Shown here piece by piece: positions 8,477 through 17,991 of a stretch of 63,934 nt of DNA (position 1 is its first letter; each line of letters starts with the position of its first letter). The stretch is from positions 1 through 63,934 of the IMG/VR virus record IMGVR_UViG_3300048588_000315, one strand, 5' to 3'. The position numbers and the translations under genes are program-made. This DNA comes from a virus (Duplodnaviria > Caudoviricetes). The notes under the pieces are model-generated. The model searched no databases. It saw nothing but the letters and a program-made list of their open reading frames with translations, and was not told the origin of the DNA.

Positions 8477-8938
8477 CTACTTGAGATCATCCACGTGATA
8501 AGAGATTCCGGCCTTGCGAAGACGCTCTTCTCCGCGCTGGTCATGTTGTGTCAGCGTCTTCCATATCACAGCCATCACGATGCGTGTCTCAATGATGAGA
8601 TTCGCGCATCGTGTGCAAGGAGAGTAACTGACCAGCATGATCGGATTCCTCGCTCTCAGCTCGCTGACATCCTGCTTCATCATGGTCAGGATCATGCGCT
8701 CTTCGGCGTGAACGCATCCGCAGTTCCCGACCTCGTTGGAGCATGAAAACTCAAGCCCGGATCCCGCGTACGGAGGCCCATTGACGCTGCGATGCCACAA
8801 GATGATTCCATTTTCACTTGGAAGCCAGAGAGAGCAGCCGACTCCCTTCCGTTGACACCGAGTGAACTGCTTCGCCTCTTCTTCATCGAGCTGAATGTGC
8901 CTCAGCGCCCAGTCTTTCAATCCTGTCGGTAGCGTCAT
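8477..8938 (-). CDS. dCMP deaminase-like zinc-dependent deaminase
   Basis: HAEE and SPCTRC zinc-binding motifs. Confidence 0.85.
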   Translation of the reverse strand: MTLPTGLKDWALRHIQLDEEEAKQFTRCQRKGVGCSLWLPSENGIILWHRSVNGPPYAGSGLEFSCSNEVGNCGCVHAEERMILTMMKQDVSELRARNPIMLVSYSPCTRCANLIIETRIVMAVIWKTLTQHDQRGEERLRKAGISYHVDDLK

Positions 8939-9483
8939 GCCATTTCCCTTTCACCATTGGCGAGCCGTGCGAAGTTGACGCGATCGGCCCAGATGCCGAG
9001 CCATTCGCGCAGTTCGTTGTCATCAGTGAAGCCTCCGACGTCCACGTAGCTGATCGCGTCGTAGTGAGCGACTCGATCATCGGCTATTTCTTCGAAGCGT
9101 CGCGCAGCTTCTAGTATCCCTTCAGGCCTGAACATCTCGTGCCGTCCAGACTCGATTATGCGTTTGCGATACCAATCCATATCGCCCGGCAGGACGAGCA
9201 ATACGAACGAGCCTCGGCGCAGCAGTTCGCCTTCGATCCACCGAAGCGCTGGCTCCTTCAACGTACCTTCGGGATGGTACGCCAGCGCACCGAGATGAAA
9301 GCGATCTTGCACAGCGTAGTACGACATCATGTCGCGGTAGTGAGTGCTGAAGTTGAAGAGCGCACTCGGTTTCGACATGTGAGAGTATCGCGCCGGAAGA
9401 TTGAACTCGGTGACAGCGAGCTCTACCGCACGTTTCGCCAGTGTCGTCTTCCCCACGTTATCTGGTCCTTCGATGATGAACAT
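8935..9483 (-). CDS. dNMP (thymidylate-kinase-like) kinase
   Basis: IIEGPDNVGKTT P-loop and QDRF motif. Confidence 0.8.
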   Translation of the reverse strand: MFIIEGPDNVGKTTLAKRAVELAVTEFNLPARYSHMSKPSALFNFSTHYRDMMSYYAVQDRFHLGALAYHPEGTLKEPALRWIEGELLRRGSFVLLVLPGDMDWYRKRIIESGRHEMFRPEGILEAARRFEEIADDRVAHYDAISYVDVGGFTDDNELREWLGIWADRVNFARLANGEREMA

Positions 9484-9486
9484 GAT

Positions 9487-10530
9487 TCAGCGTTCCCTTC
9501 TTCGTTTGAGCATGTCAACGACCGCCGCGTTCCAGACGCGGTTCTTCAAGTACTTCTCGAAGTCGTTCTCGTCAGTGATCCACTTCAGTGCTGCCATGAC
9601 CATCAGTTGCCCACAGAGAGAGTTCTGGCCAACGAGATCCATTGACGGAGCGCTGATGCATTTGTGCTTTCGATTGTGCGGCTCCGACTCGACAGAGACC
9701 TTCACGGCGTGAGAGATCTTCGTTTGATGATGATCGTACTTCACGGTGCGAATGGAGTATCCGTCAACGATCGACTCTTCAGCAGCTGCTCGGTTCCTGT
9801 CGTAGAGATGCATCGAACCGACCTGATGCTGATACCATCCAACTTCGGCACGGAGAGCCTCGGCAACGAGGATCTGGATGCCGCAGAAGCAGAAGACGTC
9901 GTACGGCAGGCCGAGCCATGCGTCATTCGATCTCATCGTGCAGATGAGATTCAGCTTCCCCGCTCGCAAGATGAACTGAAGCGACAGCGTGCAAGGAATG
10001 TCGTTCTTGATTCCAGAGAGACCGTAGAGCAGATCCGACGGGTTGAATAGCGCGATCACTGCCTGCCGAGAGTCTGGCTTCTCAGTGAGCATTGAGATCA
10101 CGGCGCTGATAGCGCTGTTCGCCGGTTTGTTCTTCAGCGCTCGATGGAGCTCCTCGTCGTAGAACGGTCGCGGAGAGCCGGGATCTATTACGGCGGAGAA
10201 CCCATGATGGTCCGCCATACGATGACCGTATGCTCCATGAGCGACGCCATTGTTCACGAATCTCGTGTACTGTGGCGCATATGGAACGATGCGGTCAATC
10301 TTGTTCTCGCCACTGAGATACCACAGCAGTTCCGCAGCGGCATAGCTCGGGCACATCGCTCTCACAGGATTCTGCAGCAGGGACTCCGCTGGATACAGCA
10401 GTCGCGCCGCGAACCCCATGCGTTCTCGCGACGCTCCATCACGAGAACCAGTATCTTCGCCGCAATCGAGAATGTCTTTGATCGTGGCGAGCCACATCTC
10501 ATCAATGCACTCAAAGTTCTGTGGATACAT
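9487..10530 (-). CDS. Thymidylate synthase-family enzyme, probable pyrimidine dNMP hydroxymethylase
   Basis: DSRQA, DIPCTLSLQF, MRSND..LGLPYDV, GSMHLY motifs; start set at the ATG after AAGGAG. Confidence 0.85.
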   Translation of the reverse strand: MYPQNFECIDEMWLATIKDILDCGEDTGSRDGASRERMGFAARLLYPAESLLQNPVRAMCPSYAAAELLWYLSGENKIDRIVPYAPQYTRFVNNGVAHGAYGHRMADHHGFSAVIDPGSPRPFYDEELHRALKNKPANSAISAVISMLTEKPDSRQAVIALFNPSDLLYGLSGIKNDIPCTLSLQFILRAGKLNLICTMRSNDAWLGLPYDVFCFCGIQILVAEALRAEVGWYQHQVGSMHLYDRNRAAAEESIVDGYSIRTVKYDHHQTKISHAVKVSVESEPHNRKHKCISAPSMDLVGQNSLCGQLMVMAALKWITDENDFEKYLKNRVWNAAVVDMLKRRRER

Positions 10531-10532
10531 GC

Positions 10533-11036
10533 TCAATCTCCTTTCAGCTTCTGTTCCCATCGCCGGCGATCGAGTCCGCGCTGGATAGCTTCCGCGATGC
10601 GCGGAGGCTGATAACTCGGTCCTTTGTCTCTCATCCGCTCGTTGCCGGGAACGCGAAGCTTCTTCGTCATGTTAGAACGATGCACTTCGGCGAAGACCTC
10701 GGCAATTGGAAGACCATACGTGATCGCCGTCCCGACCACGACGTACATCAGATCGGCGAGGCCATCAGCGAACTTCTCCGGATCCTTGTTCGCCATCGCT
10801 TCGAGTGTCTCTCCAAGCTCTTCCATCATGAGGTACGCGCGATACAGGCTTTCATCTCCTGACTTCTGAGCTTCCATCGCCGTGTCCTTCATGGACTCCG
10901 CGATCTCAAGGAGACACTTCGACTCCTGCTCCAGATCCTGAGCGCACTGAGGTTGGATGGCCTCAAAGAAGATGTCCACTGGGAATCCGTACTTCCCATG
11001 GAACTCTCTCAACGCATTGTCAGCTTCGTACAGCAT
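10533..11036 (-). CDS. MazG-like all-alpha NTP pyrophosphatase
   Basis: EELGE...DGLADLMYV...EVHRSNMTK pattern. Confidence 0.85.
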   Translation of the reverse strand: MLYEADNALREFHGKYGFPVDIFFEAIQPQCAQDLEQESKCLLEIAESMKDTAMEAQKSGDESLYRAYLMMEELGETLEAMANKDPEKFADGLADLMYVVVGTAITYGLPIAEVFAEVHRSNMTKKLRVPGNERMRDKGPSYQPPRIAEAIQRGLDRRRWEQKLKGD

Positions 11037-13978
11037 TAGAACGATTCCTTTCCTGTCGACTTGCCAGTCTCAGGCAGACCTTCTGCCTTCATCTGCTTCA
11101 GTAGAACGATGAACTCATCCGTCTTGTAGTAGCATCTCTGCTTTCGGTACAGCGCATGCTTCCGAACCAACAGACTGACGAGAGTCTTCACGATATCCGA
11201 ATCTGCCTCGCACCAATCTGCTATGTCACTCGCCGTGATCTCATCGGCGAACAGCAGAGAATCCACGAAGTCTTTCGGATGCTTCGTGCCGATGATATGC
11301 TTCTTGACGATGTCAGGATCCCTGACCTGAGAGGCAAACGTCTGTGCTTGGCTGAAGTCCCGATACCCGAACGTCTGCGAGTCGTAGACTGACTGAAGAA
11401 ACTTCGCCACGAACTCCACGTGACACGGCCGAACCACGAGATCACTCCCAGTCGTCGTGCTGAACGTTCTAGCAGCCATTGCAGCTGCGAGTCTCGCCAG
11501 CTTGTGCCGCATGGTCCCTTTGTCAACGAGAGGCAGAGCCTCCGAGTACAGCCCGCACAGCTTGATTGCCTGATCCACGATCACGTCGTTCGTCTTGCTG
11601 TCAATGACCACTTCATCGACATCTCGCGTCCAACTCCACAGAACGAGACGACGGCAGAGATTCGGAGCGAACGTACAGTCGTTTTTGCTCACTTTTCTGC
11701 TCATCTCATTTATGACGCTTGAGGAGACTTGTTTCTCAGCAGCTACAAGAGCGAAATCGAACCGCCGAATGTCCTCCAATCCGCCCATCAGTTCTCGTAT
11801 CGCTTCGATGCCGAAGTTGTAGGCGGACATCGGCCTGCCGGACCGCGGATTGGAGATGAAGATCAGCCGAGTTCTGGCGTAGGCCCGTCGCTTCTCGATC
11901 TTCGGTAGCTCTGCGATGCCCGACGAACGCATGTCGGTTAGCTTCGCTAGAACCTCCGGGTCAGCGCCTTTCACTTCTTCCATGACGACAAGCCGACGGT
12001 CGTGCGTTGGAATGACTCCCCACGACACGAACCATCGGGATGTGCCGAACTGCTGCAATCCACCGAGGAGACCGGCAACGGACGCGTTCTTGCAGTCCAC
12101 GCGCTCGCCGAGGCCGTAGTGCTCCATGAGGCGGATCGCCGTTTCGGATTTCCCTTGAGAAGAGTCGCCGATGATGAGCGAGTTGATCCATCCCTTGACG
12201 GCTCGCCCATCGAACGGCAAGCTGAGGACGGAGTGGAAGGTGAGATCTATGCCAAGGTGAAGCTCTGGCCTCTTGAAGATTCTGGTTACGTTCGATGAGA
12301 AGTCTTCGTGGATCGCGTTCCACTTGTCGTTCACAGCTTCCGCCGTCCACGAAGAAGGCTGGAAGATCTTCAACTCGCTAAGCTGCTCCTCGGTCGGCTC
12401 GAACATATTCAAGCTGTCATCACCGGCCTCAGCCTCATCTAGGAGCAAGACTGCCTGCTGGCTCTTCGGCGCTGGATGCACTCGGCCGCGGAACTTGTAT
12501 GGAGAGTTCATCTCGAAGTTCTGCCCGATACAGAACGCGGGCTGCATCACGTTCTCACTGGCGCGATTGCCGATGTGAAGCTGAGGCGTGATCCTGATCT
12601 CAGTCACATTGAAGTAGCTCTCGACAGTGAGAGTGACCGCCTTGCACGGCGGGATGCGGAGAGCGTTCATGATCGCCTCTCGCTGGCCTGACTTCGGAGC
12701 ATTCACCATTTCCAGAACACCAATGGAAGTTCCCTTCACCGTGAGATGAACGAGACCGCTGTCCTTGTCAGGTGATTCGGGGAAGATCGGGCATCGTTCA
12801 CAATTGTTCTGGTCCTTCGTGCACGATGCGTTGATGTTCTTCGGTATGAGGAAAGGAGTCTGGTCCATTGCCGAGATGACGCCAGCTACTTCGATCCGCC
12901 GACCGACGTACTTCGCCAGCGTAGCTTCACTGAGAATCGGCTTCTCCGGCTCCTCTTTCTTCTCATCTTCGAACTGATCAATGTCGTCCCTGTTAGCGGG
13001 CTCCCATTTTCTGGCGTTGACCATCAAGCTCAGCAGATCCTGATCCGTCGCGCCTTCGCTCCCTACGTAGTCGTTGATGTCTCCCTTCGGGTAGACGCTG
13101 CGCTCTAGCGGCAGATCGATGATGTGAAGCGAGGATGTGAACCGCCGGAGAAATGGGGCCAGCTTGTTGATGGCGATAGTTCCACCATCGTCAATGTCCA
13201 TACATAGGTAGACGCGCTTGTCCTTGAACAGCGGCCCTGTGGACGGGTCGTAGTTACCTTCGCCTGCCGTATAGGTCGTCGCGCCGATGTTGTGCTGATT
13301 CAGCAGGGAGGCTGCAACGATCGCCTTCATTTCACCGCCGCAAAGCCAGATCGTCGGATATTCGATCTGCTTCGGCATGTAGAGCCGAACTCCGCCGTAT
13401 CCCTTCACGTTCTTCATCTTCTCAGCGCCTGGAGCGCCTGGAAGATATCGGCGAAGATTGACTATGTCTCCAGCAGCATCGTAGACCGGGATGATGATCC
13501 GGCCCTCGTGGTACCCGAGGCGAGCTCGGCGGATCATCTCATCTGTGAGGCCGCGATCGTAGAGAGCCTTGAGAAGAGGGCCAGCGGACCAGATCTGTTC
13601 GTGGTGTTTCTCAACGACGCGAGGATCGATCTTCTTCTTCGCCCTGATGCCGTACCGCGTACTGAGCTCTTCTACTACGGTGAACCGCGATACGTTAGCT
13701 ATCAGGGCGATGAGAGTGACGACATCGCCGTCCTTGCCGCATGAAGCAGCATGGCACTTCCACAGATTCTTCTTCACGTTCATCGTCGCGCTTGGCGATT
13801 CGTCCTTATGGGCCGGACAACAGAACCTGATCTCTTCCTCGCCGATCGGTTCGTACCGATAGCCGAGACGATCCAGCTCTGCAAGCGCGTTGATGAGTTC
13901 AATCTTCAATGACATACGCTGATCTACACTGTAAAACGTGCCTCGCCCGGTGGAGCGAGACACGTGTTCCGGCGGCAT
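11036..13978 (-). CDS. Primase-helicase fusion (Zn finger + TOPRIM + MCM-like AAA+)
   Basis: CPAH..WKCHAASC; GGEMK/DIDDGG/GDINDY TOPRIM; IGDSSQGKS, GLLGG, ISNP, RRFD MCM-like motifs. The true start may be the ATG at 13915. Confidence 0.85.
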   Translation of the reverse strand: MPPEHVSRSTGRGTFYSVDQRMSLKIELINALAELDRLGYRYEPIGEEEIRFCCPAHKDESPSATMNVKKNLWKCHAASCGKDGDVVTLIALIANVSRFTVVEELSTRYGIRAKKKIDPRVVEKHHEQIWSAGPLLKALYDRGLTDEMIRRARLGYHEGRIIIPVYDAAGDIVNLRRYLPGAPGAEKMKNVKGYGGVRLYMPKQIEYPTIWLCGGEMKAIVAASLLNQHNIGATTYTAGEGNYDPSTGPLFKDKRVYLCMDIDDGGTIAINKLAPFLRRFTSSLHIIDLPLERSVYPKGDINDYVGSEGATDQDLLSLMVNARKWEPANRDDIDQFEDEKKEEPEKPILSEATLAKYVGRRIEVAGVISAMDQTPFLIPKNINASCTKDQNNCERCPIFPESPDKDSGLVHLTVKGTSIGVLEMVNAPKSGQREAIMNALRIPPCKAVTLTVESYFNVTEIRITPQLHIGNRASENVMQPAFCIGQNFEMNSPYKFRGRVHPAPKSQQAVLLLDEAEAGDDSLNMFEPTEEQLSELKIFQPSSWTAEAVNDKWNAIHEDFSSNVTRIFKRPELHLGIDLTFHSVLSLPFDGRAVKGWINSLIIGDSSQGKSETAIRLMEHYGLGERVDCKNASVAGLLGGLQQFGTSRWFVSWGVIPTHDRRLVVMEEVKGADPEVLAKLTDMRSSGIAELPKIEKRRAYARTRLIFISNPRSGRPMSAYNFGIEAIRELMGGLEDIRRFDFALVAAEKQVSSSVINEMSRKVSKNDCTFAPNLCRRLVLWSWTRDVDEVVIDSKTNDVIVDQAIKLCGLYSEALPLVDKGTMRHKLARLAAAMAARTFSTTTGSDLVVRPCHVEFVAKFLQSVYDSQTFGYRDFSQAQTFASQVRDPDIVKKHIIGTKHPKDFVDSLLFADEITASDIADWCEADSDIVKTLVSLLVRKHALYRKQRCYYKTDEFIVLLKQMKAEGLPETGKSTGKESF

Positions 13979-14074
13979 TGTCCTAGGGCAGTCCGCGAAT
14001 CGCGGAGCTTAGTCTTACCTATAGCTGAGCGCCGAAGGCGATCGCCACCGAGAATTAGAAGAGAACCGATCGAA

Positions 14075-14914
14075 TCAGAAGCTGCGCTTGTCCTCGGGGC
14101 CAAGGTCGGTCTCGCCGTCGCCCTCGCGATCGGAGTGATCGACGATGAGCTTCTGCTTCGCGATCATGGCCAGAAGTTCTTCGTGGGCGGCGAGGGACTT
14201 CTCAACTTCTTCTTCCGGAATGATGCGCTCATCCTCTTCCGGCACTTCGGCGACGTCGATACCGAACCACTTCTTGTCGCCGCCGCGATCACGCCAGCCG
14301 ACCGTGATCTCCCAAAGCTGTGCCCAGAGGGGAGCCTTGATCATTGCGATGCGAGTGGCGAAGTTCCGGCCGACAGTGAATTCGCCACGAGCGAAGACCA
14401 TCGCGACCATCTCGCCGGCGAGATCGTGCTCTCCGCGGATCATGCAGATGAAGTTGAGGTGTTCGCAGAAGCGATACGTGTACTGATCCTCCTTGCCGTA
14501 CTTCTCCTTCCGGCCTTCGATGCTGCGCGCCTTCTGGGCTACTTCGCTTCCCGGATCGAAGGACCGAGTGATGATGGTCGGGCTCTGCTTGTCCTTGATG
14601 TCGGCGAACTGACAGAAGTCAGTGTAGAACACGAGAGGCTGGAGCCGAACCATGCGGTCCGACTTTCGGGTCTTCCGGTCCAGATCGGCGACGATCGCCT
14701 GATTCGGCCAGAGGATGATCGCGCCCGGCTGGAACTTCTGCTGGATCTCGGTTCCGGCCGTGCCCTGAACGATCTTGAGACGAGGAACGACGCGATACTG
14801 GTTCAAGGCGTCCTTCGACTTGTCGTTCTCGACATATTGTGCGAGGTACGACGGCACTCCGGCCGGAGGCTTGACCAGTGTCTTGTCCTGATTGGGTTCA
14901 TTCCGCTTTGCCAT
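14075..14914 (-). CDS. Probable ssDNA-binding/replication protein
   Basis: 279 aa in the replication block, with an acidic C-terminal tail ending in Phe. Confidence 0.55.
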   Translation of the reverse strand: MAKRNEPNQDKTLVKPPAGVPSYLAQYVENDKSKDALNQYRVVPRLKIVQGTAGTEIQQKFQPGAIILWPNQAIVADLDRKTRKSDRMVRLQPLVFYTDFCQFADIKDKQSPTIITRSFDPGSEVAQKARSIEGRKEKYGKEDQYTYRFCEHLNFICMIRGEHDLAGEMVAMVFARGEFTVGRNFATRIAMIKAPLWAQLWEITVGWRDRGGDKKWFGIDVAEVPEEDERIIPEEEVEKSLAAHEELLAMIAKQKLIVDHSDREGDGETDLGPEDKRSF

Positions 14915-14920
14915 TGTTGT

Positions 14921-15556
14921 TCATCCTTCGTGGTTTGATTCTTCGGACTTCTTACGTTGAAGCTTCGATAGAGCCAGTGGCTCAGCCAGCTTGTCCTTTC
15001 TTCGCCGAAACTCACAGACGAAGCTAGGCCAAGTCTTAGTGATTCCAGGAGGCATGTTCTTCGCGTCCTGCGCTCTCTTCGTCACCAGATCGCACAGTTC
15101 CTGGAACTTGAACGACAAGACGCCAGAGTCGAGAAGCTCTCTGTCGGTGATGCCGAGCCATGCCATCAGTTGAAGGTACTCCGGAGTTCCAGGTTGAGGA
15201 ATCTTCGGAATCTGCTTCACATCCGGAGTGGCAATGGAAAACCGGCCTCGCACGGAATCGACAACCTTGCTAGGGTCGGCGACGCGAGCTTGAGCAGTGA
15301 CAAAGGCGATGACCTTACCGCATAGTTCTTTTCGGGCACGAGCCTCCTTTCTTGTTTCATCCACAGACTTCTCGATCTCGCGGCAGAGAAAGCCCAGATC
15401 GGCGAGCTCCTCAAGTGTGAACTTGCGGGACTGAATCCCGTTCAGGGTATCTGCCGTGAACGTGTAGACCTCCATGAGAAGGTCCTCAACACGCACTCTC
15501 AGTTCGTCAGCCCTCTCGATTGCTTTCTGTCCTTCACTCAATTGTTTTGGCGGCAT
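14921..15556 (-). CDS. Hypothetical protein
   Basis: 211 aa from MPPKQL after GAGG. Confidence 0.75.
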   Translation of the reverse strand: MPPKQLSEGQKAIERADELRVRVEDLLMEVYTFTADTLNGIQSRKFTLEELADLGFLCREIEKSVDETRKEARARKELCGKVIAFVTAQARVADPSKVVDSVRGRFSIATPDVKQIPKIPQPGTPEYLQLMAWLGITDRELLDSGVLSFKFQELCDLVTKRAQDAKNMPPGITKTWPSFVCEFRRRKDKLAEPLALSKLQRKKSEESNHEG

Positions 15557-15896
15557 CTGCGATCCTCGCTTTCGGCACGATGTTAGAGATGTCGACTGTT
15601 CTCGCCTTATAGGACGAGTCCACAGCGTCAAACACTAGCAGTCGCACCCGACCAGAGATCTGCGAAGCCGCGAGCGTGAGAAGGGACAGGATAACAGGGT
15701 TCCCGGACATCCCGATAAAGTCTTCATCCGGCCGATACGATTGGGTATCGAGAGCCGCGCTGAGAGCTTCGAACGTAGCTTCGGCGTTCACCGGATTCAA
15801 TCTGCGATCACAGAGGATCGTGACTGACCCGAATCGCTCTGCATCGCGAGCATTCAGCTTCAGTTGTTCTGGGAAGAAGACCCGAGGGGAATGCAC
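15534..15896 (-). CDS. Hypothetical protein (paralog of 16270-16566)
   Basis: GTG start after AGAGGA; DAERFG..DF...G.....LV.D....YK..T pattern shared with 16270. Confidence 0.7.
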   Translation of the reverse strand: MHSPRVFFPEQLKLNARDAERFGSVTILCDRRLNPVNAEATFEALSAALDTQSYRPDEDFIGMSGNPVILSLLTLAASQISGRVRLLVFDAVDSSYKARTVDISNIVPKARIADAAKTIE

Positions 15897-16004
15897 TTTA
15901 TCCTCTTTCTTACACTGTAAGCGCTGCGAATCGCTGCTCGGCCCGATGCCGACGCTGCACGGAGTGCATTCTACCACAGCCGGAACTCTCGTGCTTCATT
16001 TACG

Positions 16005-16249
16005 GTACTCCAAGATGGTCCATACATGGGCCATGGAAGAGTTGCAGTAAACGCGCAGCCGCGGAGTCACCCGCACTGTATAAGGTATCGCCTATAGCTT
16101 GTAGTCTACCTTACTTACTGGCTCAGATATGAGATAAGTATAGTATAGTATGGATATGGGTATTATGGACTCGGGTAAATCCAACGGACTGCCGCTGGCG
16201 TGTCCACTGCAACTTTTCCCCGGCCCCTACTTGGACCATCTGAGAGTGC
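16005..16249. other. Palindrome-bounded AT-rich element, copy 1
   Basis: Imperfect 35-45 bp terminal inverted repeats around an AT-rich core; second copy at 47881-48112. Confidence 0.75.
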
Positions 16250-16269
16250 TGCGCGTGGAGTGCCGAGAA

Positions 16270-16566
16270 TCACAGCGTTTTATGCTTGTAAATGCGAAGA
16301 TTTGAATCGTAGACAAGAACGTTCGCGCACTTGAACCGTTCTTTCCACATGAGAATGAAGTTGACGACCATGATCGTAGGTCCGGCAAGGATGATGAAAT
16401 CGGAGCCGTTAGCAGCAGGGATGACGTCCTGAGAGAAGATCTCTCGCTGCTTTACGATGTCGTTCGGGCTCACGTGCCGGTTCATTGCGATGCAGATCTC
16501 GCCGAACCGCGCAGCGTCGGTCATATCGCGATCCTTGACGGGCCTCACAAGCCAGACAATACTCAT
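16270..16566 (-). CDS. Hypothetical protein
   Basis: 98 aa; ATGA overlap with the tail fibre stop. Confidence 0.75.
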   Translation of the reverse strand: MSIVWLVRPVKDRDMTDAARFGEICIAMNRHVSPNDIVKQREIFSQDVIPAANGSDFIILAGPTIMVVNFILMWKERFKCANVLVYDSNLRIYKHKTL

Positions 16567-17990
16567 GACAGCTTCTCCAACCAGATGATCGTATCGTAGT
16601 TCGGCGTGAACGTGAACGTCGTAGGGAACTGAACGTCGTACGTCGATCCGCTTCCACCCCTCATGCGGACAGCATACTGATGCCCAGACGAAACGAAGAT
16701 GCCTCTCAGTACCGTGACCATCCCACTCGCTTCAAATGGCCCGGCTCCATGCGCTGAGTCGTTTCGCTCGGATAGACCTTCCATGGCGACAGCCGCGCTG
16801 GACACGTTATACAGTTCGAGCTCGAGCGCTCCTGCTCCGGCCTGAGAGGACACGACGACTTCGATCTCATACGTGCCGGACGCGAGAGTGAACTTCGATC
16901 CAGACACAGTGCAATTGCCATCGGTATCAGCGACTTCAGTCAAGGAGACGTCGCCGAGCTCGAACGGTCTCGCTTGATCATCGGAGGTCTGACCGGCGAG
17001 GAGAACGTATGGGAAGCTTCCAGTGCTGACAGTCATCTCATCCCACGATGAGCCATCCGAGATGAACACACGAGGAGTGGATCCCGCGACGTCCACGACA
17101 GCCAAGCATCCTTCATACGTAGCTGCAGAAGGGAGCGCTCCGGTGTTCGCGTATGTGACGGTCGGCATCGGCTGAGTGTAGAAGCGATTCAGCCGGTCGA
17201 TGTTCGTCGCGAGAGTCGCGTCCCACGCTTGCTCTCCGGAAACGAGAGCCAGCGCAGTAGGGACGGCGGACGGAGAATCAGAAGTCGGCGCATTGTTGCC
17301 ATACTTCTTGAGAAGCAGCCGCGAGAAGACGTTCACGTTCGTGCCGTCGTTCACAGCGCCACCGAGACCGTTGGAGGACTGAGCCGACTCGATGGCATGT
17401 TGCAGTTCCACTTCCGCCGGAGCGTTGAGAGTGAACCCGCAGACTCCACGAGATTCCGTCTCTTCTGATGGACCGCCCGCGTACGAAAGAACTCCGTACC
17501 CGATGACGGAGCCAGCGGAGACGTTATACAAGCGAATCTGGTGATGCCCGGCGGCTCTCGCTCTCGCATGGAAGTGAGCGAAGTACGTTCCTACCGGGAG
17601 TGTGACTCTCTTGGATGACAGTGACACGCCGATCTCATTGAGAGAAACAGTGTTCAAGTTCCTCACGTTGCTGGACCAGCTTCCATAGGCGACGGAAGAG
17701 CCAGCCGACGCGCTGCTCGCAGTCTGCTCTTCTATGGCAGCGTATGCTGGAGTCCGGCTTCCAATCGGGAGCCACGAGTTTCCATCGCTGATCAGCATCC
17801 TTGCCGTCACTCCATCGATCATGATCGCAGACCGATGGAGTGATGGATTCGGCAACGAGGATGAATACAAGCGAAGAGGACGCCCGAAGTGTGCTTGCAG
17901 CCGATCGAAGTTGTCGTTGATCACATCTTCGGTGAGGGCCTGCTGAGGAGCGACGACCCGAAGAGCCGGTGATTGAATTGATCGCATCAT
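16563..17990 (-). CDS. Tail fibre/receptor-binding protein with two internal repeat modules
   Basis: Position at the end of the tail operon; Ser/Gly-rich beta content; LP...ISDG.SW module occurs twice. Confidence 0.7.
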   Translation of the reverse strand: MMRSIQSPALRVVAPQQALTEDVINDNFDRLQAHFGRPLRLYSSSLPNPSLHRSAIMIDGVTARMLISDGNSWLPIGSRTPAYAAIEEQTASSASAGSSVAYGSWSSNVRNLNTVSLNEIGVSLSSKRVTLPVGTYFAHFHARARAAGHHQIRLYNVSAGSVIGYGVLSYAGGPSEETESRGVCGFTLNAPAEVELQHAIESAQSSNGLGGAVNDGTNVNVFSRLLLKKYGNNAPTSDSPSAVPTALALVSGEQAWDATLATNIDRLNRFYTQPMPTVTYANTGALPSAATYEGCLAVVDVAGSTPRVFISDGSSWDEMTVSTGSFPYVLLAGQTSDDQARPFELGDVSLTEVADTDGNCTVSGSKFTLASGTYEIEVVVSSQAGAGALELELYNVSSAAVAMEGLSERNDSAHGAGPFEASGMVTVLRGIFVSSGHQYAVRMRGGSGSTYDVQFPTTFTFTPNYDTIIWLEKLS

Positions 17991-17991
17991 G

